NCBI GenBank assembly: GCA_965112735.1
Contig: OZ218964.1
Coordinates: 1,984,001 to 2,048,000, forward strand
Source: Phaeosaccion multiseriatum
Lineage: Eukaryota; Protista; Ochrophyta, other classes
Length of the DNA: 64,000 bases
Direction of reading: 5' to 3'
This document shows positions 27,351 to 39,309 of the stretch, in pieces; within the stretch, counting starts at the first letter, position 1, and every line of letters begins with the position of its first letter. A model generated the notes under the pieces. That model made no database searches and had not been told where the DNA came from. It saw only the letters and a list, made by a program, of their open reading frames with translations. Position numbers and translations under genes: made by a program.

Positions 27351-29126
27351 ATCTGGCGCATGGCTGGACCCAAAACCGGAATATGCGAGGAACACACACC
27401 CCAAACAAGGCAGTTGCTGGTCTTGATCTGCCCGCGCTGTGCGCTATTACAGCACAGTGGGCCTACCCAACACACTACATGCCCACAACGAAGCCGAGTC
27501 GGGCCTGGAGTGGCCTCAAAATGCCCAATCTGACCCTTGGCTGGAATCAAAACCAGCATTTGCGAAGTAAACACACCCCAAACGAGGCAGTTGCTGGCCT
27601 TGATATGCCCACGCCGGGCACTGGCTCAGCGCAACAGGCCTAACCAACACACTACAGGGCCACAACGAAGCCGAGTCGGGCATGGAGTGGCCTCAAAATG
27701 CCCAATCTGACCCTTGGCTGGACCCAAAACCAGCATTTGCGAAGTAAACACACCCCAAACGAGGCAGTTGCTGGCCTTGATATGCCCGCGCCGGGCACTG
27801 GCTCTGCACAATAGGCCTAACCAACACACTACATGCCCATAACAAAGCCAAGTCGGGCATGGAGTGGCCTCAAAATGCCCAATCTGACCCTTGGCTGGAC
27901 CCAAAACCGGAATTTGCCAGACACAAACACCTCAAACGAGGCAGTTGCTGGTCTTGATATGCCCGCGCCGAGCACTGGCTCTGCACAATAGGCCTAACCA
28001 ACACACTACATGCCCATAACAAAGCCAAGCCGGGCATGGAGTGACCTCAAAATGCCCAATCTGACCCTTGGCTGGACCCAAAACCGGAATTTGCCAGACA
28101 CGAACACCTCAAACGAGGCAGTTGCTGGTCTTGATCTGCCCGCGCTGTGCGCTACTACAGCACAGTGGGCCTACCCGACACACTACGACGCCACAACGAA
28201 GCCAAGTCGGGCATGGAGTGGCCTCAAAATGCCCAATCTGGCACATGGCTGGACCCAAAACCGGAATTTGCGAGGAACACACACCCCAAACGAGGCAGTT
28301 GCTGGTCTTGGTCTGCCCGCGCTGTGCGCTATTACAGCACAGTGGGCCTACCCAACACACTACGACGCCACAACGAAGCCAAGTCGGGCATGGAGTGGCC
28401 TCAAAATGCCCAATCTGGCCCTTGCATGGCTGGACCTAAATTCAGCATTTATTAGGTAAAGACAACCCAAACCAGGCAGTTGCTGGCCTCGATATGCCCG
28501 CGCGGGGTGCTAGCTTCACTCTAATGGCCCAACCAACACACTGCATCCCCACAACGAAGCCGAGTCAGGCCTGGAGTGGCCTCAAAATGCCCAATGTGGC
28601 CCTCGGCTGGACACAAAATCGGTATTTGCAAGGCACAAACACCCCAAACGAGGCAGTTGCTGAGCTCGATATGCCCGCGCTATGCACTAGATCAGCGCAA
28701 CAGGCCTAACCAACACACTACAGGGCCACAACGAAGCCGAGTCGGGCATGGAGTGGCCTCAAAATGCCCAATCTGACCCTTGGCTGGACCCAAAACCAGC
28801 ATTTGCGAAGTAAACACACCCCAAACGAGGCAGTTGCTGGCCTTGATATGCCCGCGCCGGGCACTGGCTCTGCACAATAGGCCTAACCAACACACTACAT
28901 GCCCACAACGAAGCCAAGTCGGGCATAGAATGGCCTCAAAACGCGCAATCTGACCCTTGGCTGGACCCAAAACCGGAATTTGCCAGACACAAACACCTCA
29001 AACGAGGCAGTTGCTGGTCTTGATCTGCCCGCGCCGGGCACTGGCTCAGCACAACAGGCCTAACCAACACACTACATGCCCACAACGAAGCCAAGTCGGG
29101 CATAGAATGGCCTCAAAATGCCCAAT

Positions 29127-29647
29127 AAAAGAAAAAACCTTTGGCTAGACGAGAGCACAATCTTGCTAGCGGGTCAGGCCAAGGTTCTCAAACTTCTACT
29201 AGATGCGTGTGCGTAGCGCAAGCCCTTGCGACAGTTAGCATTGGGGGCACCTCTTGTGTTTGCGACAGTTAGCATGACACAGGTAAGCACACAGCATCCT
29301 CACCCTCACAAGGGAAGCAGTCGGGCCCTACTGCAATCCTTGCTTTCCTACACCACAGTCTCTACTCTCCTCCCTGCTTGCACACACCCCCGCGTACCTG
29401 CTCTCGATCTCCTTCAATCACGGTAGGGTGGTGAGTACAGCAGGGCTCCTCCTCTTCTGAGCTCCTCGAGCAGCAGAAAACACTGCTTCCATCTGCTACC
29501 ATATATATTTCTATCCTAAAAACCCCCCTCGGGGTCCACACACGCACCCACCCTCCACACCCTACCCCTCGGCTCTCAAGACCCTGTTTATCCGTCGACT
29601 CCACTCTGCGAGAACAGAACTTCCGTGGCTCCGCTGCTGAAGCAGCG
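29127..29647 (-). mobile_element. 521-bp A-like relic, copy 7
   Basis: Essentially identical to copy 1, with the same flanks. Confidence 0.75.
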
Positions 29648-32600
29648 ATCTGGCACATGGCTGGACCCAAAACCGGAATATGCGAGGAACACACACCCCA
29701 AACAAGGCAGTTGCTGGTCTTGATCTGCCCGCGCTGTGCGCTATTACAGCACAGTGGGCCTACCCAACACACTACATGCCCACAACGAAGCCGAGTCGGG
29801 CCTGGAGTGGCCTCAAAATGCCCAATCTGACCCTTGGCTGGAATCAAAACCAGCATTTGCGAAGTAAACACACCCCAAACGAGGCAGTTGCTGGCCTTGA
29901 TATGCCCACGCCGGGCACTGGCTCAGCACAACAGGCCTAACCAACACACTACATGCCCATAACAAAGCCAAGTCGGGCATGGAGTGGCCTCAAAATGCCC
30001 AATCTGACCCTTGGCTGGACCCAAAACCGGAATTTGCCAGACACAAACACCTCAAACGAGGCAGTTGCTGGTCTTGATATGCCCGCGCCGAGCACTAGAT
30101 CAGCACAATAGGCCTAACCAACACACTACATCCCCACAACGAAGCCAAGTCGGGCATGGAATGGCCTCAAAACGCCCAATCTGGCACATGGCTGGACCCA
30201 AAACCGGCATTTGCCAGGCACAAACAACCGAAACGAGGCAGTTGCTGGTCTTGATATGCCCGCGTCGGGCACTGGCTCAGCACAATAGGCCTAACCAACA
30301 CACTACATGCCCACAACGAAGCCAAGTCGGGCATAGAATGGCCTCAAAATGCCCAATCTGGCACATGGCTGGACCCAAAACCGGAATTTGCCAGGCACAA
30401 ACAACCCAAACCAGGCAGTTGCTGGCCTTGATATGCCCGCGCCGGGCACTGGCTCTGCACAATAGACGTAACCAACACACTACATCCCCACAACAAAGCC
30501 AAGTCGGGCATGGAATGGCCTCAAAACGCGCAATCTGGCACATGGCTGGACCCAAAACCGGCATTTGCCAGGAACACACACCCCAAACGAGGCAGTTGCT
30601 GGTCTTGATCTGCCCGCGCTGTGCGCTATTACAGCACAGTGGGCCTACCCAACACACTACGACGCCACAACGAAGCCAAGTCGGGCATGGAGTGGCCTCA
30701 AAATGCCCAATCTGGCCCTTGCATGGCTGGACCTAAATTCAGCATATATTAGGTAAAGACAACCCAAACAAGGCAGTTGCTGGCCTCGATATGCCCGCGC
30801 AGGGTGCTAGCTTCACTCTAATGGCCCAACCAACACACTGCATCCCCACAACGAAGCCGAGTCAGGCCTGGAGTGGCCTCAAAATGCCCAATGTGGCCCT
30901 TGGCTGGACACAAAATCGGTATTTGCAAGGCACAAACACCCCAAACGAGGCAGTTGCTGAGCTCGATATGCCCGCGCTATGCACTAGATCAGCGCAACAG
31001 GCCTAACCAACACACTACAGGGCCACAACGAAGCCGAGTCGGGCATGGAGTGGCCTCAAAATGCCCAATCTGACCCTTGGCTGGACCCAAAACCGGAATT
31101 TGCCAGACACAAACACCTCAAACGAGGCAGTTGCTGGTCTTGATCTGCCCGCGCCGGGCACTGGCTCAGCACAACAGGCCTAACCAACACACTACATGCC
31201 CACAACGAAGCCAAGTCGGGCATAGAATGGCCTCAAAATGCCCAATCTGGCACATGGCTGGACCCAAAACCGGAATATGCGAGGAACACACACCCCAAAC
31301 AAGGCAGTTGCTGGTCTTGATCTGCCCGCGCTGTGCGCTATTACAGCACAGTGGGCCTACCCAACACACTACATGCCCACAACGAAGCCGAGTCGGGCCT
31401 GGAGTGGCCTCAAAATGCCCAAGCTGACCCTTGGCTGGAATCAAAACCAGCATTTGCGAAGTAAACACACCCCAAACGAGGCAGTTGCTGGCCTTGATAT
31501 GCCCACGCCGGGCACTGGCTCAGCACAACAGGCCTAACCAACACACTACATGCCCATAACAAAGCCAAGTCGGGCATGGAGTGGCCTCAAAATGCCCAAT
31601 CTGACCCTTGGCTGGACCCAAAACCGGAATTTGCCAGACACAAACACCTCAAACGAGGCAGTTGCTGGTCTTGATCTGCCCGCGCCGGGCACTGGCTCAG
31701 CACAACAGGCCTAACCAACACACTACATGCCCACAACGAAGCCAAGTCGGGCATAGAATGGCCTCAAAATGCCCAATCTGGCACATGGCTGGACCCAAAA
31801 CCGGAATTTGCCAGGCACAAACAACCCAAACGAGGCAGTTGCTGGCCTTGATATGCCCGCGCCGGGCACTGGCTCTGCACAATAGACGTAACCAACACAC
31901 TACATCCCCACAACAAAGCCAAGTCGGGCATGGAATGGCCTCAAAACGCGCAATCTGGCACATGGCTGGACCCAAAACCGGCATTTGCCAGGAACACACA
32001 CCCCAAACGAGGCAGTTGCTGGTCTTGATCTGCCCGCGCTGTGCGCTATTACAGCACAGTGGGCCTACCCAACACACTACGACGCCACAACGAAGCCAAG
32101 TCGGGCATGGAGTGGCCTCAAAATGCCCAATCTGGCCCTTGCATGGCTGGACCTAAATTCAGCATATATTAGGTAAAGACAACCCAAACAAGGCAGTTGC
32201 TGGCCTCGATATGCCCGCGCGGGGTGCTAGCTTCACTCTAATGGCCCAACCAACACACTGCATCCCCACAACGAAGCCGAGTCAGGCCTGGAGTGGCCTG
32301 AAAATGCCCAATGTGGCCCTTGGCTGGACACAAAATCGGTATTTGCAAGGCACAAACACCCCAAACGAGGCAGTTGCTGAGCTCGATATGCCCGCGCTAT
32401 GCACTAGATCAGCGCAACAGGCCTAACCAACACACTACATCCCCACAACGAAGCCGAGTCGGGCATGGAGTGGCCTCAAAATGCCCAATCTGACCCTTGG
32501 CTGGACCCAAAACCAGCATTTGCGAAGTAAACACACCCCAAACGAGGCAGTTGCTGGTTATGATATGCCCGCGCCGGGCACTGGCTCAGCACAATAGGCC

Positions 32601-33011
32601 TAACCAACACACTACATGCCCATAACAAAGCCAAGCCGGGCATGGAGTGACCTCAAAATGCCCAATCTGACCCTTGGCTGGACCCAAAACCAGCATTTGC
32701 GAAGTAAACACACCCCAAACGAGGCAGTTAATTGCTGGCCTTGATATGCCCGCGCCGGGCACTGGCTCTGCACAATAGGCCTAACCAACACACTACATGC
32801 CCATAACAAAGCCAAGTCGGGCATGGAGTGGCCTCAAAATGCCCAATCTGACCCTTGGCTGGACCCAAAACCGGAATTTGCCAGACACAAACACCTCAAA
32901 CGAGGCAGTTGCTGGTCTTGATATGCCCGCGCCGAGCACTGGCTCAGCACAACAGGCCTAACCAACACACTACATGCCCATAACGAAGCCAAGTCGGGCA
33001 TAGAATGGCCT

Positions 33012-35230
33012 AAGCCGAAAATGCCCTCACAGAAGCGCTCATGTTTCCGCTCCAAGCTCTTCGAACATCAACTCGTAGAAGTTACCCTTCTGCACACGCC
33101 GTACCAAGACCACTCCGCTGCGATTCCAACCGTCCGCCGCGGACTTCCGCTGTACCAGCTGAGCAATACAACGAATGCAAAACACCTCGGTGCTGCGGGC
33201 CCGAAAAATGAACAAGTCCAATATCTCAAGCGCGGCGGCATCAATCCCTCGACCACCGAGCACGATAGCAAGAGGGTAGTCCATCCATACTACTGCAAGT
33301 GAGTCGTGCAAGCAGAGCGAGCCACAAGCCCTGTTCTCTCCCATCCTCCATGTTCACACCGCTCACGAGCCCCAACGCCGAAAAATCCATCACCTTCTCT
33401 TCTGCATCACAGGCAGGCCCCGACTTCCACTCCATAGCTGTGGTGGACGACCAAACGTCATGCTTCCGCCGTCCATTACAGATAAGTAGCCAGATTGCTC
33501 AATGCCCCAATTTCCTTCAGCACCGGACGACGTACATCGCCGTACACTCCGTAGACGGTCACCAAACGCTGCCGTACCTCCCGAAATGCGAGTACCGTGC
33601 ACTCCCAATGCCGCCTTCCAATTCCCAATTCTCCCTCGTATGCTGTGCCTCTCTTGTCGCCCATCGGTTCGCTGTTATGGCCACAGGTCCCATATCCGCT
33701 CCACACGCAAACTAGAGGCGCCAACCACCATCAAAGGGCTCTCCGGTTCCTTCCAACAGCCCGAATAGCTGCCTTCGCATCCATGCTGCCACCTTTGACG
33801 CTCGTACTAACTGCCTGGCGGTTGCTGTTTGTCCTGAGAGCTGAGCCTCCATCGGACCCCCCCCCTCCCCTTCCCATGCGTTCGAGATGGTGAGGGAGGT
33901 ACAGCTGTAGTCCGTCTCCTTCCCTTCGCCGCTCCTCGGCCCGATATGTCTCTCGGATGTAGCTGCCGGAGGTGAGCCGTGCGAGCTCCCGTATCGAAGG
34001 TCAGCTACGCCCCCACCCATCCAGAGAGACTGCAGGCAAGCCCAGTGGCGACCACGTACGCCTCCTTCTGGCCATACTGCTGTTGTAGGTGGGAGACACT
34101 CCAACAACAAGGGAGGTACACTTAAACACGCAGACGTACACAAACATTCACAGGCACACAGATATAGACAAAGGCACAATACAGGGACACCAGCACCCAC
34201 AAACGCACACTAGCACACACAGACGCAGACCAGCACACACAGATACAAACACACATCGTGTGTAGGGGCAGTGACCACGGCTGCTGTTGCCTAGGACTGC
34301 CCCGCCCGCCGCTGAGGGCCGGAATGGCGAGGGATGAGCCGCTGTTGTCACCGCGCGCAGAGCCAGCCTCCTTTGTGGAGGAGGCCCTTATTCGCACGCC
34401 AAACACAGGAAATACGCACCCTACACACAGAAACACCGTCGAAACATACACACACAAACATACAGACAGACACCTGGAAGAGCTAAGGGGCCTGCCGTCA
34501 CCCGGGAGCCCCTTTCGCCTCGCAAAAAGACAAAAAATGCCGTGGACCACCCCCCCCAAACCTTGGGCCACGGGAGAGAGGAGAGGGCGGAGAGATGAGT
34601 AGGGCGTCGGCCTCAACACCGGACGCGGATCCTACGGCGATACCAGCAAGGAAGAAAGGGCGCAGAGGGCAAAAGGCGCCGGCACGCAACACCGTGGAGG
34701 CGGTCGGCACGCAACACCAGACACCGCTTGTCCCAAGCCATAGAGCCCCGCAACACCGGCAAAGGAAAGAAAAGAAGAGTTCCGGCACGCAACACCGTGG
34801 AGACTGTCGGCACGCAACACCAGACACAGTCTCCCTAGCTCTTCCTCCCTCTTCCACGAGGATCCCGGCTCGCAACACCAGGCGGATCCCCTTGGCCAAC
34901 ACAAGCGCTTTGTCCGGGCCCAGGACAAGAGGCTCGCTTTCCACCACACCAGTATCTACTCTCCTCCTTGACAGTGTGTTCCACTCTTCCTGGGCTCTGT
35001 CTCCGCCGCCTCAGTAAGTGACAGCACACGCCAAGGTCTCTCCTCTTCTGAAAAATCTAAATTCCCTGCTTCACTGACATACTGTACATCTCCCCAGAGG
35101 GGACCCCCCCCTTGGGGCGGTACCAAGCACCTACGCTGACGCTTCGCCCTGCTGGCTCCCATGTCTCCCACCTCGTCCTCGTCTCTGTTCCGCGAGAAAC
35201 AAAGTTCCGTTGCTGCGCTGCTGAACAGGC
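33012..35230 (-). mobile_element. 3'-truncated non-autonomous element NA-3 (A1 plus part of the internal region)
   Basis: Precise A end at 35230. Internal sequence is collinear with NA-2 down to 'aagccgaaaatgccctcacag' at 33012. No B repeat is present. Confidence 0.92.
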
Positions 35231-36848
35231 TAATGCCCAATCTGACCCTTGGCTGGACCCAAAACCGGAATTTGCCAGACACAAACACCTCAAACGAGGC
35301 AGTTGCTGGTCTTGATATGCCCGCGCCGAGCACTGGCTCAGCACAACAGGCCTAACCAACACACTACATGCCCATAACGAAGCCAAGTCGGGCATAGAAT
35401 GGCCTCAAAATGCCCAATCTGGCACATGGCTGGACCCAAAACCGGAATTTGCCAGGCACAAACAACCCAAACGAGGCAGTTGCTGGTCTTGATATGCCCG
35501 CGCCGGGCACTGGCTCTGCACAATAGGCCTAACCAACACACTACATGCCCACAACGAAGCCAAGTCGGGCATAGAATGGCCTCAAAACGCGCAACCTGGC
35601 ACATGGCTGGACCCAAAACCGGCATTTGCCAGGAACACACACCCCAAACGAGGCAGTTGCTGGTCTTGATCTGCCCGCGCCGGGCACTGGCTCAGCACAA
35701 TACGTCAAACTGACACACTACATCCCCACAACGAAGCCAAGTCGGGCATAGAATGGCCTCAAAATGCCCAATCTGGCACATGGCTGGACCCAAAACCGGA
35801 ATTTGCCAGACACAAACACCTCAAACGAGGCAGTTGCTGGTCTTGATACACTCGCGCCGGGCACTGGCTCTGCACAATAGGCCTAACCAACACACTACAT
35901 CCCCACAACAAAGCCAAGTCGGGCATGGAATGGCCTCAAAACGCCCAATCTGGCACATGGCTGGACCCAAAACCGGAATTTGCAAGGCACAAACACCCAA
36001 AACGAGGCAGTTGCTGAGCTCGATATGCCCGCGCTATGCACTAGATCAGCGCAACAGGCCTAACCAACACACTACAGGGCCACAACGAAGCCGAGTCGGG
36101 CATGGAGTGGCCTCAAAATGCCCAATCTGACCCTTGGCTGGACCCAAAACCAGCATTTGCGAAGTAAACACACCCCAAACGAGGCAGTTGCTGGCCTTGA
36201 TATGCCCGCGCCGGGCACTGGCTCTGCACAATAGGCCTAACCAACACACTACATGCCCATAACAAAGCCAAGTCGGGCATGGAGTGGCCTCAAAATGCCC
36301 AATCTGGCCCTTGCATGGCTGGACCTAAGTTCAGCATTTATTAGGTAAAGACAACCCAAACAAGGCAGTTGCTGGCCTTGATATGCCCGCGCGGGGTGCT
36401 AGCTTCACTCTAATGGCCCAACCAACACACTGCATCCCCACAACGAAGCCGAGTCAGGCCTGGAGTGGCCTCAAAATGCCCAATGTGGCCCTTGGCTGGA
36501 CACAAAATCGGTATTTGCAAGGCACAAACACCCCAAACGAGGCAGTTGCTGAGCTCGATATGCCCGCGCTATGCACTAGATCAGCGCAACAGGCCTAACC
36601 AACACACTACATCCCCACAACGAAGCCGAGTCGGGCATGGAGTGGCCTCAAAATGCCCAATCTGACCCTTGGCTGGACCCAAAACCAGCATTTTGCGAAG
36701 TAAACACACCCCAAACGAGGCAGTTGCTGGTTATGATATGCCCGCGCCGGGCACTGGCTCAGCACAATAGGCCTAACCAACACACTACATGCCCATAACA
36801 AAGCCAAGCCGGGCATGGAGTGACCTCAAAATGCCCAATCTGACCCTT

Positions 36849-37248
36849 CGCGCCGTCGTGGCGCTCGGGTGGGGGCGGGAATGCAGTGAGGGGCCTCCTC
36901 CCTTGTCGTCGGCGAGAGCCGGGGGAAGAACAGGTGCTCCTCAGTGTCGTCGCGGGAAGTGACGGACCTCAACATCCAGGGCGTCGCCAGCTGTGAGTGA
37001 GCAAGTGGGAGGGCTCCTCATCCACACAGTCGTCAGTTGTGAATGGGGCGCCGGTGAGTCAAGGGCTGGGGATGTTGGGGGAAGGACTCTTCATTAGGAG
37101 AGTGCAGCCCTGTGAGGGGCTCCTTCTTCGGAGGCCAGTTGGTCTCAGAAGAAGGCCGCTCCCATCACAGAGGGCGGGCACTGCATTTCGGATGTAGCGG
37201 AAGGTAGGGAAGTCACCATGGTGAGTGCCCTACGCCCCGCTTCACCCC
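36849..37248 (-). repeat. B2 split direct repeat (autonomous type, 400 bp)
   Basis: Near-identical to 37776-38175 and to the reverse complement of 60474-60873. Confidence 0.95.
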
Positions 37249-37303
37249 GTAGTTAATAAAGAGTATCTAAAACTAAAACTAAGACTGAGGGTGGGTGGGT
37301 GGG
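37249..37303 (+). other. A2-B2 spacer with (GGGT)3GGG G-quadruplex motif on the element antisense strand
   Basis: 'gagtatctaaaactaaaactaagactgagggtgggtgggtggg' is identical at 6695-6737, 22104-22146 and 37261-37303. Confidence 0.7.
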
Positions 37304-37772
37304 AAAGAAAAGAAGAGTTCCGGCACGCAACACCGTGGAGACTGTCGGCACGCAACACCAGGCACAGTCTCCCTATCTCTCCTTCTCTCGCCCACGAGGA
37401 TCCCGGCTCGCAACACCAGGCGGATCCCCTTGGCCAACACAAAGCGCTCTGTCCGGGCCCGGGACCGAGGCTTGCTTTCCGCCTCACCAGTATCTACCTC
37501 TCCTCCTTGGCAGTGTGTCCCGCCTTACCTGTGCACTGTCTCCGTTGCTTCAGTAGGCGGCAACACACTCCAAGGCTCCTCCTCTTCTAAATTCCTAAGT
37601 TTGGTACAAAAGTAATATCTGCAAGCATATGGGTTTTCCCCGGGGGAGAGGCCGCTCCCCTCGGGGCTGGACCGCCCGCGGCACTGCCCCTCGGGCCCTC
37701 GTTGCCTCCCGCCCACTCCCTCGTCTCTGCTCCGCGAGAAACAAAGTTCCGTTGCTGCGCTGCTGAACAGGC
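37301..37772 (-). repeat. A2 split direct repeat (autonomous type)
   Basis: Homologous to the reverse complement of 54664-55119, and joined to B1 by ttt (AAA on the element sense strand). Confidence 0.93.
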
Positions 37773-37775
37773 TTT

Positions 37776-38175
37776 CGCGCCGTCGTGGCGCTCGGGTGGG
37801 GGCGGGAATGCAGTGAGGGGCCTCCTCCCTTGTCGTCGGCGAGAGCCGGGGGAAGAACAGGTGCTCCTCAGTGTCGTCGCGGGAAGTGACGGACCTCAAC
37901 ATCCAGGGCGTCGCCAGCTGTGAGTGAGCAAGTGGGAGGGCTCCTCATCCACACAGTCGTCAGTTGTGAATGGGGCGCCGGTGAGTCAAGGGCTGGGGAT
38001 GTTGGGGGAAGGACTCTTCATTAGGAGAGTGCAGCCCTGTGAGGGGCTCCTTCTTCGGAGGCCAGTTGGTCTCAGAAGAAGGCCGCTTCCATCACAGAGG
38101 GCGGGCACTGCATTTCGGATGTAGCGGAAGGTAGGGAAGTCACCATGGTGAGTGCCCTACGCCCCGCTTCACCCC
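37776..38175 (-). repeat. B1 split direct repeat
   Basis: Begins directly after the YR stop codon with purine-rich 'aagggggtgaagcgggg' (sense), and is a direct copy of B2. Confidence 0.95.
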
Positions 38176-38178
38176 CTT

Positions 38179-39309
38179 TCATCCGTGTACCTGTGGGGGA
38201 GTCGTATCCGCCGTCAGCATGCGGCCCGCCCAGCCAAGAGCCTCCTGGACTGTCCTGTGGGCGTACTGGAAAGCCGTCGTCGACGACCAGCGCCCCCAAA
38301 ACTGGAGTGCGCGCCAGTCTGCTCCGCCAGCTGCAAGGGCTGTAGCACCTCCACTCCGCAGGGAGTGAGCGCTGATCCGGTTGGAGTCCCTCCCAGCCCT
38401 CGTTGCCCCAGCCTTGAGGGCTCTGCTGACTTGGTGGGAAGTGACGGATGTCCTTCGCCCCGTCTCGTCGGTGTAGGAGGCGAGGAGAGTGTGCCCTCCC
38501 CCAACTTCTCGAGGGCGTACCTGCTCTCCGCCGAAGTGGCAGCGGAGTGCGTCCACAGCAGCAAGTACCGGGCAAAGCGTGGGGGCGCCTGTCCTCTGGT
38601 GCGTACGTGCCTCTCCCTTCCTGAACGCATCTGTCTTGCTGCCTGTGAAAGCCAAAGTCACGCGCAGCATCCGCACCCCTCGGCCGACGGCTGCAAGGGC
38701 TTCTCTCCCTGAGTAGGCCCGGTTCGCGGCGTCTGTGAGCGAGACATCGAGAGGGGTTAGGATGTAGCGCACGTCTGTGCTCCCCCTCGTATTGGAGGGG
38801 GCAAACTCGCTCACACGCATCAGAAAGAACCACCCCAACCGGATGAGCGCCCAGAGCATGGTACCCTTCCTCCCCTCCGTGCTGAGCACGCCTCTGGTAG
38901 CCTCTAGAAGAGCTACGTCCACCGGAAGTTGTGGGATGGAGTCGCCATCGGTGAGTCTGTAACTCCGGAGAACCAACTGGACCTGCTTGCCCACCGCGGG
39001 GCCTTTCATCCCCTCCCGAGAAAACAGAGCATTCACCGCCGGTCCCTTCCCCTCCAACGTCGCCGCCTTGTTGCCTTTCTCCTCACGACACCACGCCAGA
39101 AAAGCCATGAAGATTTCCGAGTTCCGGGGGTCATCGTCTCCGAAAAGTAGAGGGGGTACCTCCACTAGTTGGCAGAACTCCATCCATTGGCGTTGGACCG
39201 ATGAGTAGCGATCCAGGGTGCTAGGGCGGAGACCGCTCGCTGCGGCTGCCCGAGCAGAGCTGAGAAGACCGCGTCCAAAACGATTGAGTCCGGCATGATT
39301 TGCGTCCAC
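38179..39309 (-). CDS. Tyrosine recombinase (DIRS/Ngaro-type YR); true start uncertain
   Basis: Full catalytic set: FFLMRVSE (R), GSKTD (K), SAHSLRSGGAT (HxxR), GRWSS (W), AFQY (Y). It has the N-terminal 'STLDRY...W..FC' motif and overlaps the pol 3' end. Confidence 0.95.
   Translation of the reverse strand: MDANHAGLNRFGRGLLSSARAAAASGLRPSTLDRYSSVQRQWMEFCQLVEVPPLLFGDDDPRNSEIFMAFLAWCREEKGNKAATLEGKGPAVNALFSREGMKGPAVGKQVQLVLRSYRLTDGDSIPQLPVDVALLEATRGVLSTEGRKGTMLWALIRLGWFFLMRVSEFAPSNTRGSTDVRYILTPLDVSLTDAANRAYSGREALAAVGRGVRMLRVTLAFTGSKTDAFRKGEARTHQRTGAPTLCPVLAAVDALRCHFGGEQVRPREVGGGHTLLASYTDETGRRTSVTSHQVSRALKAGATRAGRDSNRISAHSLRSGGATALAAGGADWRALQFWGRWSSTTAFQYAHRTVQEALGWAGRMLTADTTPPQVHG

Larger units (their letters stand above)
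12300..29950. repeat. Higher-order repeat block: ~2.12-kb unit of 9 satellite monomers plus a 521-bp insert (7 insert-bearing units)
   Basis: Insert starts at 12459, 14581, 16702, 18824, 20949, 26830 and 29127. The first four spacings are 2121-2125 nt. The later spacings differ by whole monomers and by the NA-2 insertion. Confidence 0.92.
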
